A stretch of 64,000 nt of DNA from an uncultured Muribaculaceae bacterium (GTDB lineage Bacteria > Bacteroidota > Bacteroidia > Bacteroidales > Muribaculaceae), in assembly GCA_910579035.1 (NCBI GenBank), contig CAJTSR010000003.1, positions 72,239 to 136,238 of the forward strand, given 5' to 3'. Below, in pieces: positions 9,513 through 17,585 of the stretch; positions within the stretch are counted from its first letter, which is position 1; every line of letters begins with the position of its first letter. The position numbers and the translations under genes are program-made. Under the pieces are notes generated by a model that was not told the DNA's origin, searched no databases, and was given only the letters and a program-made list of their open reading frames with translations.

Positions 9513-10226
9513 ATGAAAAAACTGATATATACACTTTTGGCAACGGCGTCGCTTGGAGCGGCTGTGTTGCCGGCCAATGGCGAAGTAAGGGGCGGTAAGC
9601 CCGACTGGATTAACTTCGGATTCTACGAGAAAGCGAACGACGAGCTTGCATCGGCTGCCGTCGACAGTGCCCGCGTGGTATTTCTCGGCAATTCCATAAC
9701 TCAGTTTTGGGTCGAGCGTCGTCCCGGCTTTTTCGCCGCGCATCCCGGCTATGTGGGCCGTGGCATTGCCGGGCAGACCACTTACCAGTTTTTGGGGCGT
9801 TTCCGCGAAGATGTTATCAATCTTCGTCCTGCCGTGGTGGTAATCAATGCAGCCACTAACGATGTGGCCGAGAACACCCACGTCTATGACGAAGAACGCA
9901 CTTTCGGAAACATTGTGTCGATGGTGGAGCTTGCTCAGGCAAACGGCATCAGGGTGATTCTCACTACCACGTTGCCGGCCATAGGGTTTGGTTGGGATCC
10001 GACAATTACCGATGCTCCCGCCAAGATTGCGGCGCTCAACAAGCGGCTGCGAGCTTACGCATCGGATAAAAACATTCCTTTTGTAGATTATTACTCGGCT
10101 ATGGCCGCCGATGACGGCAGCGGCGCGCTCAAGCCGGGATATAGCAATGACGGTGTTCATCCCACTGTCGAGGGCTACGAGGTGATGGAAGCGCTCATCG
10201 TGCCCGTAATCAATTCTGTACTGTGA
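9513..10226 (+). CDS. SGNH/GDSL esterase (probable carbohydrate O-acetylesterase)
   Basis: Blocks FLGNSIT, RGIAGQT, NAATND, DGVHP; signal peptide MKKLIY. Confidence 0.88.
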   Translation: MKKLIYTLLATASLGAAVLPANGEVRGGKPDWINFGFYEKANDELASAAVDSARVVFLGNSITQFWVERRPGFFAAHPGYVGRGIAGQTTYQFLGRFREDVINLRPAVVVINAATNDVAENTHVYDEERTFGNIVSMVELAQANGIRVILTTTLPAIGFGWDPTITDAPAKIAALNKRLRAYASDKNIPFVDYYSAMAADDGSGALKPGYSNDGVHPTVEGYEVMEALIVPVINSVL

Positions 10227-10227
10227 T

Positions 10228-12441
10228 ATGAAAAAGATAATGGCACTGCTGTTTGCGGCAGTGATGGCGGGCGCTATGCTTGCCGACGCAAAGATAAAGC
10301 ATCCGAGCCTGCTTTTCACACCCGACAGGGTGGAGGCGGCCCGCAATGCTGTGAAATCCGATACCGCCATGGCCTCTGCATGGCATAAGATACTCGCCGA
10401 GGCCGACGCGCAGCTTGTCAAAGGCGATGTGCGCAAACTCGAGTACCCGGCACTGGCTTTCCAGATGACCGGCGACAAGCGCTATGCCGACAAGATCCGC
10501 GAGGTGCTGCTCAAAACGGCCAAGGTGAAGTCGTGGGGCGATTCCGAGATGCTTGCCCGCAAGCCCGCGTGGCGCTCGGAGCTGCAGATGGCGCATCGTG
10601 CATTTCAGCTCGCTCTGGCTTATGATGCTGTATACAACGAGCTTAGTGCCTCCGACCGCCGCGAGATAGCGCAGGGACTCTACAATCTCGCGGTTGAGCC
10701 GCTGCTCGGCGACTGGCTCAACGAGCCTACGCGGGTGCATTCGCTCAACTCGATGGGCCACAACTGGTGGACCTCATGCGTGGGTATGGGAGGTATTCTC
10801 GGCCTTGCTTTGGCAAACGAGCTGCCCGGCATGGAGGCGCAGGTGGAGGCAGCCGTGGAGTCGCTCCCTGAGTGGTTCGATTTCGCCGGCGATGTCATAC
10901 AGCGCAAGCCCAAGACTTTCGACCGCGACGGCGGTATGTACGAGAGCATCAACTACGCGAGCTTCGGTACGACGGAGGCTCTGCTGCTGCGCCTTGCGTG
11001 GCTCAACAGCCACCCCGGAGCCAAGCTTGAGCCTATAGACCAGATGGAAAAACTCGCCCCATTCTTCTGCCATGTGGCTTATCCACGCACAGGCGAGCTA
11101 TATAGCATAAACTTCGGCGACAGCCATAAGAATGTTACCGGCGAAGCCTCTATGCTGTTGGCCTATGCCATGGGGGCTGAGGCGCCCGAAACGCTATGGT
11201 ATGTCGACCAGCTCCGTGCCGGACAGCATCGCGAGGGCTTCCCGCGCCATTTCCCCATGGGCTTCCTCTATATCCCGCGCGGTAAGAAGGCGCCGGCAAG
11301 TCCCGCGCTTCCCACCTCGCATCTGTGGAAGGACTTCGGCTGGGCCACTATGCGCGATTCGTGGGATAAGGACGCCACGATGCTGGCAGTGAAAAGCGGT
11401 ATGACGTGGAATCATAGCCATGCCGACGCCAATTCGTTCATTGTTTTCCACAAAGGTGTCGACATTATCAAAGACGCCGGTAACTGTAGCTATGGCAAGC
11501 CCGAGTATCGCGGCTACTTCTTCCAGAGCGACGCACACAATGTGGTGAAGTTCGACGGCGAGGGGCAGCCCGCTTATCAGCAGTACCACGGCGCTATGCT
11601 GCCCGGCTCTGTGAGCGGTCTTCTCGATGCGGGCAATATCAAGTATGTGATGGCCGACGGCACAGGGCCGATGAGCCACGCCTTCAACCGTAACTTCCGC
11701 CATTTCCTGTGGATAGACAATGTTATCTACATTATTGACGACCTCGGCAGCCATAAGCCGGGGCACTACGAATGGCTGTGGCACCCCGGAGGCGAGGCCG
11801 TCAAGCGCGGCTACGACCTCAATGTCACCAACGGCAACTCCGCCGTGGCAATTCGTCCGCTATATCCCCGTCTGTTGGCTTACAGCGGCTTTGTGCACGA
11901 CTATCCCGACGATTTGTACTGGGAAGAGCGTCAAGGCCCTACCGAAGACCTCCGTGGCACCGAGAAATACTGGAGCTTCCACCTGCCCGAAACCGTGAGC
12001 AAGGTAAAGGGGGTGACTGCCGTAATACTCAAGGACAGCCCCGACCAGAAAGAGCTTCCGCAGATGGAACGCAGGCAGGGCGCCGACTGGATAGGTCTGC
12101 GCGTGACTTACAAAGGCAAGGTTACCGACATATACATCAACCAGCTTGCCGACGGACGGCTGATGCACCTCAACTCGTGGATCGAAGCCGACGGGTGGAA
12201 TACCGACGCCTATATGTTTGCGGTGTCTTATCCCGAAGGCACTTCTTCGGCTGATGCCAAGGAGCTGTTCATAGGCCACGGCAGCAGCCTGCGCCGTGGG
12301 GACGATGTGCGCTTCTCGTCGCTTGCCAAGCTCAATGTGATAGCCAAGGACGGCAAAGTGCAGGCGGCAGGCCAACCCCGTATGCGCTTCTCCCTCAAGC
12401 AGAACGGCAAACTCCGCAAATACACCCTCACCGCCGACTAA
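10228..12441 (+). CDS. Heparinase II/III-like polysaccharide lyase
   Basis: Signal peptide; HPSLLF, HNW, DGGMYESINY, NFGD, HSHADANSF, AHNVV motifs. Confidence 0.85.
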   Translation: MKKIMALLFAAVMAGAMLADAKIKHPSLLFTPDRVEAARNAVKSDTAMASAWHKILAEADAQLVKGDVRKLEYPALAFQMTGDKRYADKIREVLLKTAKVKSWGDSEMLARKPAWRSELQMAHRAFQLALAYDAVYNELSASDRREIAQGLYNLAVEPLLGDWLNEPTRVHSLNSMGHNWWTSCVGMGGILGLALANELPGMEAQVEAAVESLPEWFDFAGDVIQRKPKTFDRDGGMYESINYASFGTTEALLLRLAWLNSHPGAKLEPIDQMEKLAPFFCHVAYPRTGELYSINFGDSHKNVTGEASMLLAYAMGAEAPETLWYVDQLRAGQHREGFPRHFPMGFLYIPRGKKAPASPALPTSHLWKDFGWATMRDSWDKDATMLAVKSGMTWNHSHADANSFIVFHKGVDIIKDAGNCSYGKPEYRGYFFQSDAHNVVKFDGEGQPAYQQYHGAMLPGSVSGLLDAGNIKYVMADGTGPMSHAFNRNFRHFLWIDNVIYIIDDLGSHKPGHYEWLWHPGGEAVKRGYDLNVTNGNSAVAIRPLYPRLLAYSGFVHDYPDDLYWEERQGPTEDLRGTEKYWSFHLPETVSKVKGVTAVILKDSPDQKELPQMERRQGADWIGLRVTYKGKVTDIYINQLADGRLMHLNSWIEADGWNTDAYMFAVSYPEGTSSADAKELFIGHGSSLRRGDDVRFSSLAKLNVIAKDGKVQAAGQPRMRFSLKQNGKLRKYTLTAD

Positions 12442-12455
12442 CCCCCGCCATTACA

Positions 12456-12503
12456 AAACATAATTGCCCGCAGCCTGAATCTCGGTTGCGGGCAATTATG
12501 TTT
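12456..12503. terminator. Bidirectional intrinsic terminator between convergent genes
   Basis: AAACATAATTGCCCGCAGCC / GGTTGCGGGCAATTATGTTT inverted repeat. Confidence 0.85.
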
Positions 12504-12510
12504 AGAGGAA

Positions 12511-12921
12511 TTATACTGTAAATCCTGAAGTTATGAAGTTTTGGAAATAAACAGGAGGTATCACTATTTCGTTCAGAGCCGTGTCGGCCGTCTTTATAGA
12601 CAGAGCGCCACGGAGCGCCCCGTAGTTGAAAGATGCAAATTGCACCAAAGCAAGGGGGTTGAATTCGACCCGTCCTTCGTTGTTGCGGAGCTCTTCGACG
12701 GATTCTTGCGAAATTTCGAAATAGCTCGTCATAACGGCTTTCATTATAAATTCGCCTGAAGATGATGCCGAGAGGGTTATTTTGTTTGCAAGAAGACGTT
12801 GTTCTTCGTCGTAGGAGAACTCTATGTCGGTGTTGAATGATATTTCGCGACCCGTTTCCAGTGGCTTGTCGGTGAGGACGGCAAACTGCTCAAGATCTAT
12901 TTTTCTGTATTTATACTGCAT
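12511..12921 (-). CDS. SecB-like chaperone (putative TAC chaperone)
   Basis: 136 aa, acidic; alternating beta-strand patterns, then helix NYGALRGAL and VIPPVYF, matching the SecB C-terminal FPYxR...LxPVNF layout; overlaps the antitoxin gene by 11 nt. Confidence 0.65.
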   Translation of the reverse strand: MQYKYRKIDLEQFAVLTDKPLETGREISFNTDIEFSYDEEQRLLANKITLSASSSGEFIMKAVMTSYFEISQESVEELRNNEGRVEFNPLALVQFASFNYGALRGALSIKTADTALNEIVIPPVYFQNFITSGFTV

Positions 12922-13345
12922 AGGTTGTCGGTGTTGATATATTGAAGAAGCTTCCCGAGCTTGTCTTAGCTGAATATACCTTGCTGCTTGCTGTTTGTTT
13001 GTGGGTGATTCTTGCCGGGAATGAGATTGTGGCTGTAAATTCGTAGGGACGGTCGATATGGACTATCTGTTTGCCGATGGCACTTTGTATTCGGCTAATT
13101 GTTTCGAGAGTAAGGTTTTCCGCTCCTTTGAGTATTTTTGCCACATAGGCGGGAGATACTTCCATTTTTTCGGCCAGTGCCTTTTGTGTCATTTCGTTTG
13201 TGCGCAGGTAATGGTACAATGCAAGTGCCACGTCCTGCGACATAGAGCGCCACGCGCGGCTTTCCTTGCGTTCGCGTGCACGCCGAGCAGAAGCCTCGGA
13301 GCGAGGTCTGATCGCGGCGTCAAGTTTATCTAAGTTCAATTCCAT
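12911..13345 (-). CDS. XRE/HigA-like HTH antitoxin with C-terminal extension
   Basis: HTH_3 MTQKALAEKMEVSPAYVAKILKGAENLTLETISRI plus an S/T-rich, aromatic-studded tail of about 45 aa. Confidence 0.85.
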   Translation of the reverse strand: MELNLDKLDAAIRPRSEASARRARERKESRAWRSMSQDVALALYHYLRTNEMTQKALAEKMEVSPAYVAKILKGAENLTLETISRIQSAIGKQIVHIDRPYEFTATISFPARITHKQTASSKVYSAKTSSGSFFNISTPTTYAV

Positions 13346-13384
13346 AATTAGTTGTTAACCAATCTGCGATTATATAGGGGACTG

Positions 13385-13927
13385 CTATGAAAAGTTGTCT
13401 ATCAAATATTTTCGTACACGACGTATGTCTTTAAGTACAAAATCTTTGATTCCGGGCGAAGTCTGTATTTTATCTCCGAGCTTTATGCCTCCACCTGTTA
13501 TAACATATTTGTTTGGCGCAAGTTTTATGGCATAAAGCCTTAACAGAGATGGCCGTCCGGGACCGTATGATTTTACAGGAGTATATTCGTATACGTTTTT
13601 AAATTCGCCATCAAGATATTTAAAATGTGAGTCTAAATCAGGGATTTCATTATTTTCTGAGTTTAGGGCAAGCTCTTCTAAAAATATTTCTAACTCTTCT
13701 GCCTCTTTGATTACCTGCCGTGTGGCTGACTCGATATTTGGTATATTTTTCCATACTTCATTTTCCAAAAAGCTTTCATTTTCTTTAAAGAAAGTGCGTA
13801 CATATGTTGTGTCATTGTGCATGTCAAAAAATTTGTCGTATTCATTGTCTTCTTCGCCATATTTGATGCTTAGCAGACTTTTCCCAAAAATTGATACAAT
13901 AGAGATATCATCATCGTTGTTTTTCAT
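13385..13927 (-). CDS. Putative RelE/HigB-like toxin with long acidic N-terminal region
   Basis: C-terminal LLRLYAIK...YVITGGGIK resembles the RelE/HigB beta core; upstream of an XRE gene; AT-rich. Confidence 0.55.
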   Translation of the reverse strand: MKNNDDDISIVSIFGKSLLSIKYGEEDNEYDKFFDMHNDTTYVRTFFKENESFLENEVWKNIPNIESATRQVIKEAEELEIFLEELALNSENNEIPDLDSHFKYLDGEFKNVYEYTPVKSYGPGRPSLLRLYAIKLAPNKYVITGGGIKLGDKIQTSPGIKDFVLKDIRRVRKYLIDNFS

Positions 13928-13971
13928 AATATTAATTTGTGGGTTAATATATAAAAAATTATTCTATAGTG

Positions 13972-14002
13972 CAAAGGTATGAATTTCTTGGGATAGCACA
14001 AA
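13972..14002 (-). promoter_or_regulatory. Bacteroidetes primary-sigma promoter for the three-gene operon
   Basis: Minus strand TTTG (14002-13999), 19-bp spacer, TACCTTTG (13979-13972); matches TTTG-N19-21-TAnnTTTG. Confidence 0.75.
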
Positions 14003-14106
14003 ATAAAAAGACAATAAAATTAACTTATAGGTTGATTTTTGTATGGGCATTTGTGGTTAAGTGGCGGGGTGGGGCTTGTCGTATTATGTTGCGAATGAGA
14101 AATGCT

Positions 14107-16017
14107 ATGTTTATGAAGTTTAAACGATATTTGGCCTGTTTGTTGGCAGGTGTTGCCGCGTTCGGTGTTGCCGGGCAGTCGGTTTATCCGGGACAGCACG
14201 AAGGGCGGCTGGCTGTGGAAATGAAAGGTGATGTGAAGGCGTATGCTTTCGACCTTAGGGACGTGCGGCTGCTTCCGGGGCGTGTGCGTGATAATTTGGA
14301 GCGCGATTCGGCGTGGATGGCCTCGGTAGAGGTGCGCCGACTGGTACACAGTTTCCGCAATAATGCCGGAGTGTTTGCCGGCTTGGAGGGCGGCTATGAG
14401 AGCATACCGAAGTACGGAGGCTGGGAATCGCTCGACTGCGACCTGCGCGGACATACCACCGGCCATTTCCTGTCGGCCTGTGGCCTTATGTACGCGGCCA
14501 CCGGCGCAGAACTGTTCAAGCTTAAAAGCGACAGCATTGTCGACGCCCTTGCCGAGGTGCAGACAGCGCTCGGCTCTTCAGGCTATCTCAGCGCTTTCCC
14601 GGAGCAGCTGATAGAGCGCAACCTCGCGGGGAAAAGTGTGTGGGCGCCGTGGTACACGCTCCATAAGATATTGGCCGGGCTTATCGACTCGTATCTGTAC
14701 TGCGGCAACGACCGCGCCCTCGAAGTTGCCAACAAGATGGCCGACTGGGCCTATGCCAAGCTGATAGGCAGGCCGGAGGAAACGAGGCGCCTGATGCTGC
14801 GCAACGAGTTCGGCGGCGTCAACGAGGCTTTCTATAACCTCTATTCCATCACTGCCGACAAGCGCCACAAGGAGCTTGCCGAGTATTTTTATCACAACGA
14901 TGTAATAGACCCGTTGCGTCACGGCAGGGACGATATGGGCACAAAGCATACCAATACCTTTATTCCCAAATTGATAGGCGAGGCTCGCAACTACGAGTTG
15001 TGCGACGCGGAGCATAGCCGTGATATGGCGGAGCTATTCTATGGCACGGTGACGGGAAGCCACGCTTTCGTTACAGGCTCTGTGAGCCAGAAAGAGCATT
15101 TTTTCGATACTTCCAAGTTCTCGAAATTCCTCAACGGTTATACCGGCGAAAGCTGCTGCACATACAATATGCTCAAGCTCGCGCGTCATCTTTTCTGTTG
15201 GGACGCCTCGGCGGCGGTTGCCGATTATTATGAGCGGGCGCTATACAATCATATCCTCGCGCAGCAGGACACCGAGAGCGGCATGGTGTGCTACTTCCTG
15301 CCTATGCTCAGCGGCGCATACAAGGTTTACAGCACGCCGGAGCATTCGTTTTGGTGCTGCGTGGGCAGTGGCTTCGAGAGCCACGCCAAATATGCCGAGG
15401 CGATATATTATCACGGCGACAATGAGTTGTTCGTAAATATGTTTATGCCGTCGGAACTGAACTGGCGGGATAAGGGTCTAAGGCTTACCCAGCGCACGCG
15501 CTTCCCTGAGGAACAGACTACCGTGCTCACAGTCAACGAAGCACCGTCGTCGAAACTCGCCATATCGCTGCGCTATCCTGAGTGGAGCGGCAAGCCTGTG
15601 GTTAAGGTCAACGGGCGCAAGGTTGCCGTCAAGGCTGCTCCGTCGTCGTATATCACTCTGAACCGCCGTTGGAAAGCCGGCGACAGAATCGAGGTGGAAT
15701 ATCCGATGAGCCTGCGTGTGGAAACTGCTCCCGACGATGCCTCTCGCGGAGCGCTTATGTACGGCCCCGTGGTGCTGGCCGGAGATCTGGGCACAGAGGG
15801 TATGGTCGCTCCGGCGCCGTTTTCCGACCCCACGGTCCGGAATGATTACTATGCGTACGACTACAAAATCCCTGCGGGGCTGAACACGACTCTTGACCCG
15901 GCGTCTGTCCGCCGCGTGGAGGGACTGAGGTTTGAAACAGCCGACGGTCGCCGCATAGAGCCGTTGTACGATATCCACCACCGTCGCTACGTGGTATACT
16001 GGAATCTAAACAAATGA
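14107..16017 (+). CDS. GH127/GH146 beta-L-arabinofuranosidase-like protein
   Basis: GHTTGHFLSA, EFGG, ESCCTYNMLKL, FWCCVGSG; signal peptide. Start may be 14113. Confidence 0.88.
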   Translation: MFMKFKRYLACLLAGVAAFGVAGQSVYPGQHEGRLAVEMKGDVKAYAFDLRDVRLLPGRVRDNLERDSAWMASVEVRRLVHSFRNNAGVFAGLEGGYESIPKYGGWESLDCDLRGHTTGHFLSACGLMYAATGAELFKLKSDSIVDALAEVQTALGSSGYLSAFPEQLIERNLAGKSVWAPWYTLHKILAGLIDSYLYCGNDRALEVANKMADWAYAKLIGRPEETRRLMLRNEFGGVNEAFYNLYSITADKRHKELAEYFYHNDVIDPLRHGRDDMGTKHTNTFIPKLIGEARNYELCDAEHSRDMAELFYGTVTGSHAFVTGSVSQKEHFFDTSKFSKFLNGYTGESCCTYNMLKLARHLFCWDASAAVADYYERALYNHILAQQDTESGMVCYFLPMLSGAYKVYSTPEHSFWCCVGSGFESHAKYAEAIYYHGDNELFVNMFMPSELNWRDKGLRLTQRTRFPEEQTTVLTVNEAPSSKLAISLRYPEWSGKPVVKVNGRKVAVKAAPSSYITLNRRWKAGDRIEVEYPMSLRVETAPDDASRGALMYGPVVLAGDLGTEGMVAPAPFSDPTVRNDYYAYDYKIPAGLNTTLDPASVRRVEGLRFETADGRRIEPLYDIHHRRYVVYWNLNK

Positions 16018-17585
16018 TATTCATAATGAAATTAGCAAGCACATTATCGGCACTACTCCTTGTCGCAGCCTCGGCCACGGCGAGAGAGTTCGTGCATCCC
16101 GGCCTGTCGTATACCGACCGGGATATCGAGCGTATGCAGCAGCTTATCGCTGATGGCGCCGAACCTTATTGCGCTACATTCGATGCGCTGAAAAACAGCA
16201 AATATTCAACTGTCGGTGCTGAAATCACCCCTATAACGAGTATTCCCGAAGGGCGCTTCAACGCCACTGTGGGCGAGGACGGACGCCGTGTCCACGATCT
16301 GGCCTTGATGTACAGACTCACGGGCGACCGCGCTTATGCCGACGAGGCTGTGAAGCGCCTTAACCGCTACAACGGCTTGACAAACTGCAGCGCCCGTGGC
16401 ACCGGCCCTCTCGACAACGGCAAGGTGTATCTTATGATTGAAGGTGCCGAGCTGTTGCGCGATTACGACGGCTGGGCCGAAGCCGACCGCCGTGCCTTCG
16501 CCGATATGCTGGTACACCCCGGCTACAGCGACACCGAGTTCCCGTCGGGCAGCTACAATCTGGACGATGCCAAGAACGACGTCACATTCTACTGGAATAT
16601 CTACCAGTTCGACCAAGGCCGATGGGGCAATCAGGGCCTGTTTGCCGCCCGTGCTATGATGGCTATGGGCATATTTCTTGATAACGAGAAGATTTATGAC
16701 CGCGCACTGCGCTACCTGCGCAGTATGGACGCCCGCGAGGACGATATTCCATATCCCTGCCAGACGCCTGTGAGCGGCAGCGAGAACAATGCCGCCGACA
16801 CCAACCGTACCCACATATCGTATAACGGCTCGTGGAAACCCTCCGACAGGCAGTTCATATCCGACGAGGCGCTCCAGTACTATATCTATGCCAACGGCCA
16901 GTGTCAGGAAACATGCCGCGACCAAGGCCACGCCATGGTGGGAGTTGGGCTGTATACCGATCTTGCCGAGATGGCCGCGAGTCAGGGTGACGACCTTTAC
17001 GGCGATCTCGACTGTCGCATACTGCTCGGACTGGAGTATTCCATCAGATACAATATGACTCACGACTGGCCCGAGCCGTGGGAGCCGTCGGGCTATTCCA
17101 AGACTGAGGCCGACTGTACCTTCGATAACGGCGTTTTCTATCAGGCCAAATCACGCTCGCCGCGCTGGGAGGCTATCAAACCTTATGCCGAAGACCGCTA
17201 CAAGGCGTTCAGTTGTGTGCGCTATCTCTCGCAGGCTCTTGCCCACTATAAGCACCGAGGCAGGGACAGCCGGTCGGAATCGCTTGACCCTTCGCGCTAC
17301 GAATGGCTTCAGAAGGCTGTCGACCAATACATCGGCGACGGCATCGAGGACTGGGGCGCTTCAGGCCATCACTATGAGTGGAAAGGGTGGGGCACACTCA
17401 CCAAGCGCATTCCCGAAAATTCGGACAGCGGCACAACCTCGATAGGCACCGTGGAGCCGGATAAAGCCTCGGCGCCGGAGTACTACAATGTGGCAGGCTA
17501 TAAGGTGGACGGCGATAATCTTAAGACAGGTCTTTACATAGAGCGCCGTGGCAATGACAGCAACCTAATCCTCAAGGTAGAATGA
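16014..17585 (+). CDS. Alginate-lyase-like protein with putative T9SS C-terminal domain
   Basis: FVHPGL, WGNQG, ETCRDQGH; C-terminus EYYNVAGYKV...GLYIERRGNDSNLILKV. Confidence 0.7.
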   Translation: MIFIMKLASTLSALLLVAASATAREFVHPGLSYTDRDIERMQQLIADGAEPYCATFDALKNSKYSTVGAEITPITSIPEGRFNATVGEDGRRVHDLALMYRLTGDRAYADEAVKRLNRYNGLTNCSARGTGPLDNGKVYLMIEGAELLRDYDGWAEADRRAFADMLVHPGYSDTEFPSGSYNLDDAKNDVTFYWNIYQFDQGRWGNQGLFAARAMMAMGIFLDNEKIYDRALRYLRSMDAREDDIPYPCQTPVSGSENNAADTNRTHISYNGSWKPSDRQFISDEALQYYIYANGQCQETCRDQGHAMVGVGLYTDLAEMAASQGDDLYGDLDCRILLGLEYSIRYNMTHDWPEPWEPSGYSKTEADCTFDNGVFYQAKSRSPRWEAIKPYAEDRYKAFSCVRYLSQALAHYKHRGRDSRSESLDPSRYEWLQKAVDQYIGDGIEDWGASGHHYEWKGWGTLTKRIPENSDSGTTSIGTVEPDKASAPEYYNVAGYKVDGDNLKTGLYIERRGNDSNLILKVE

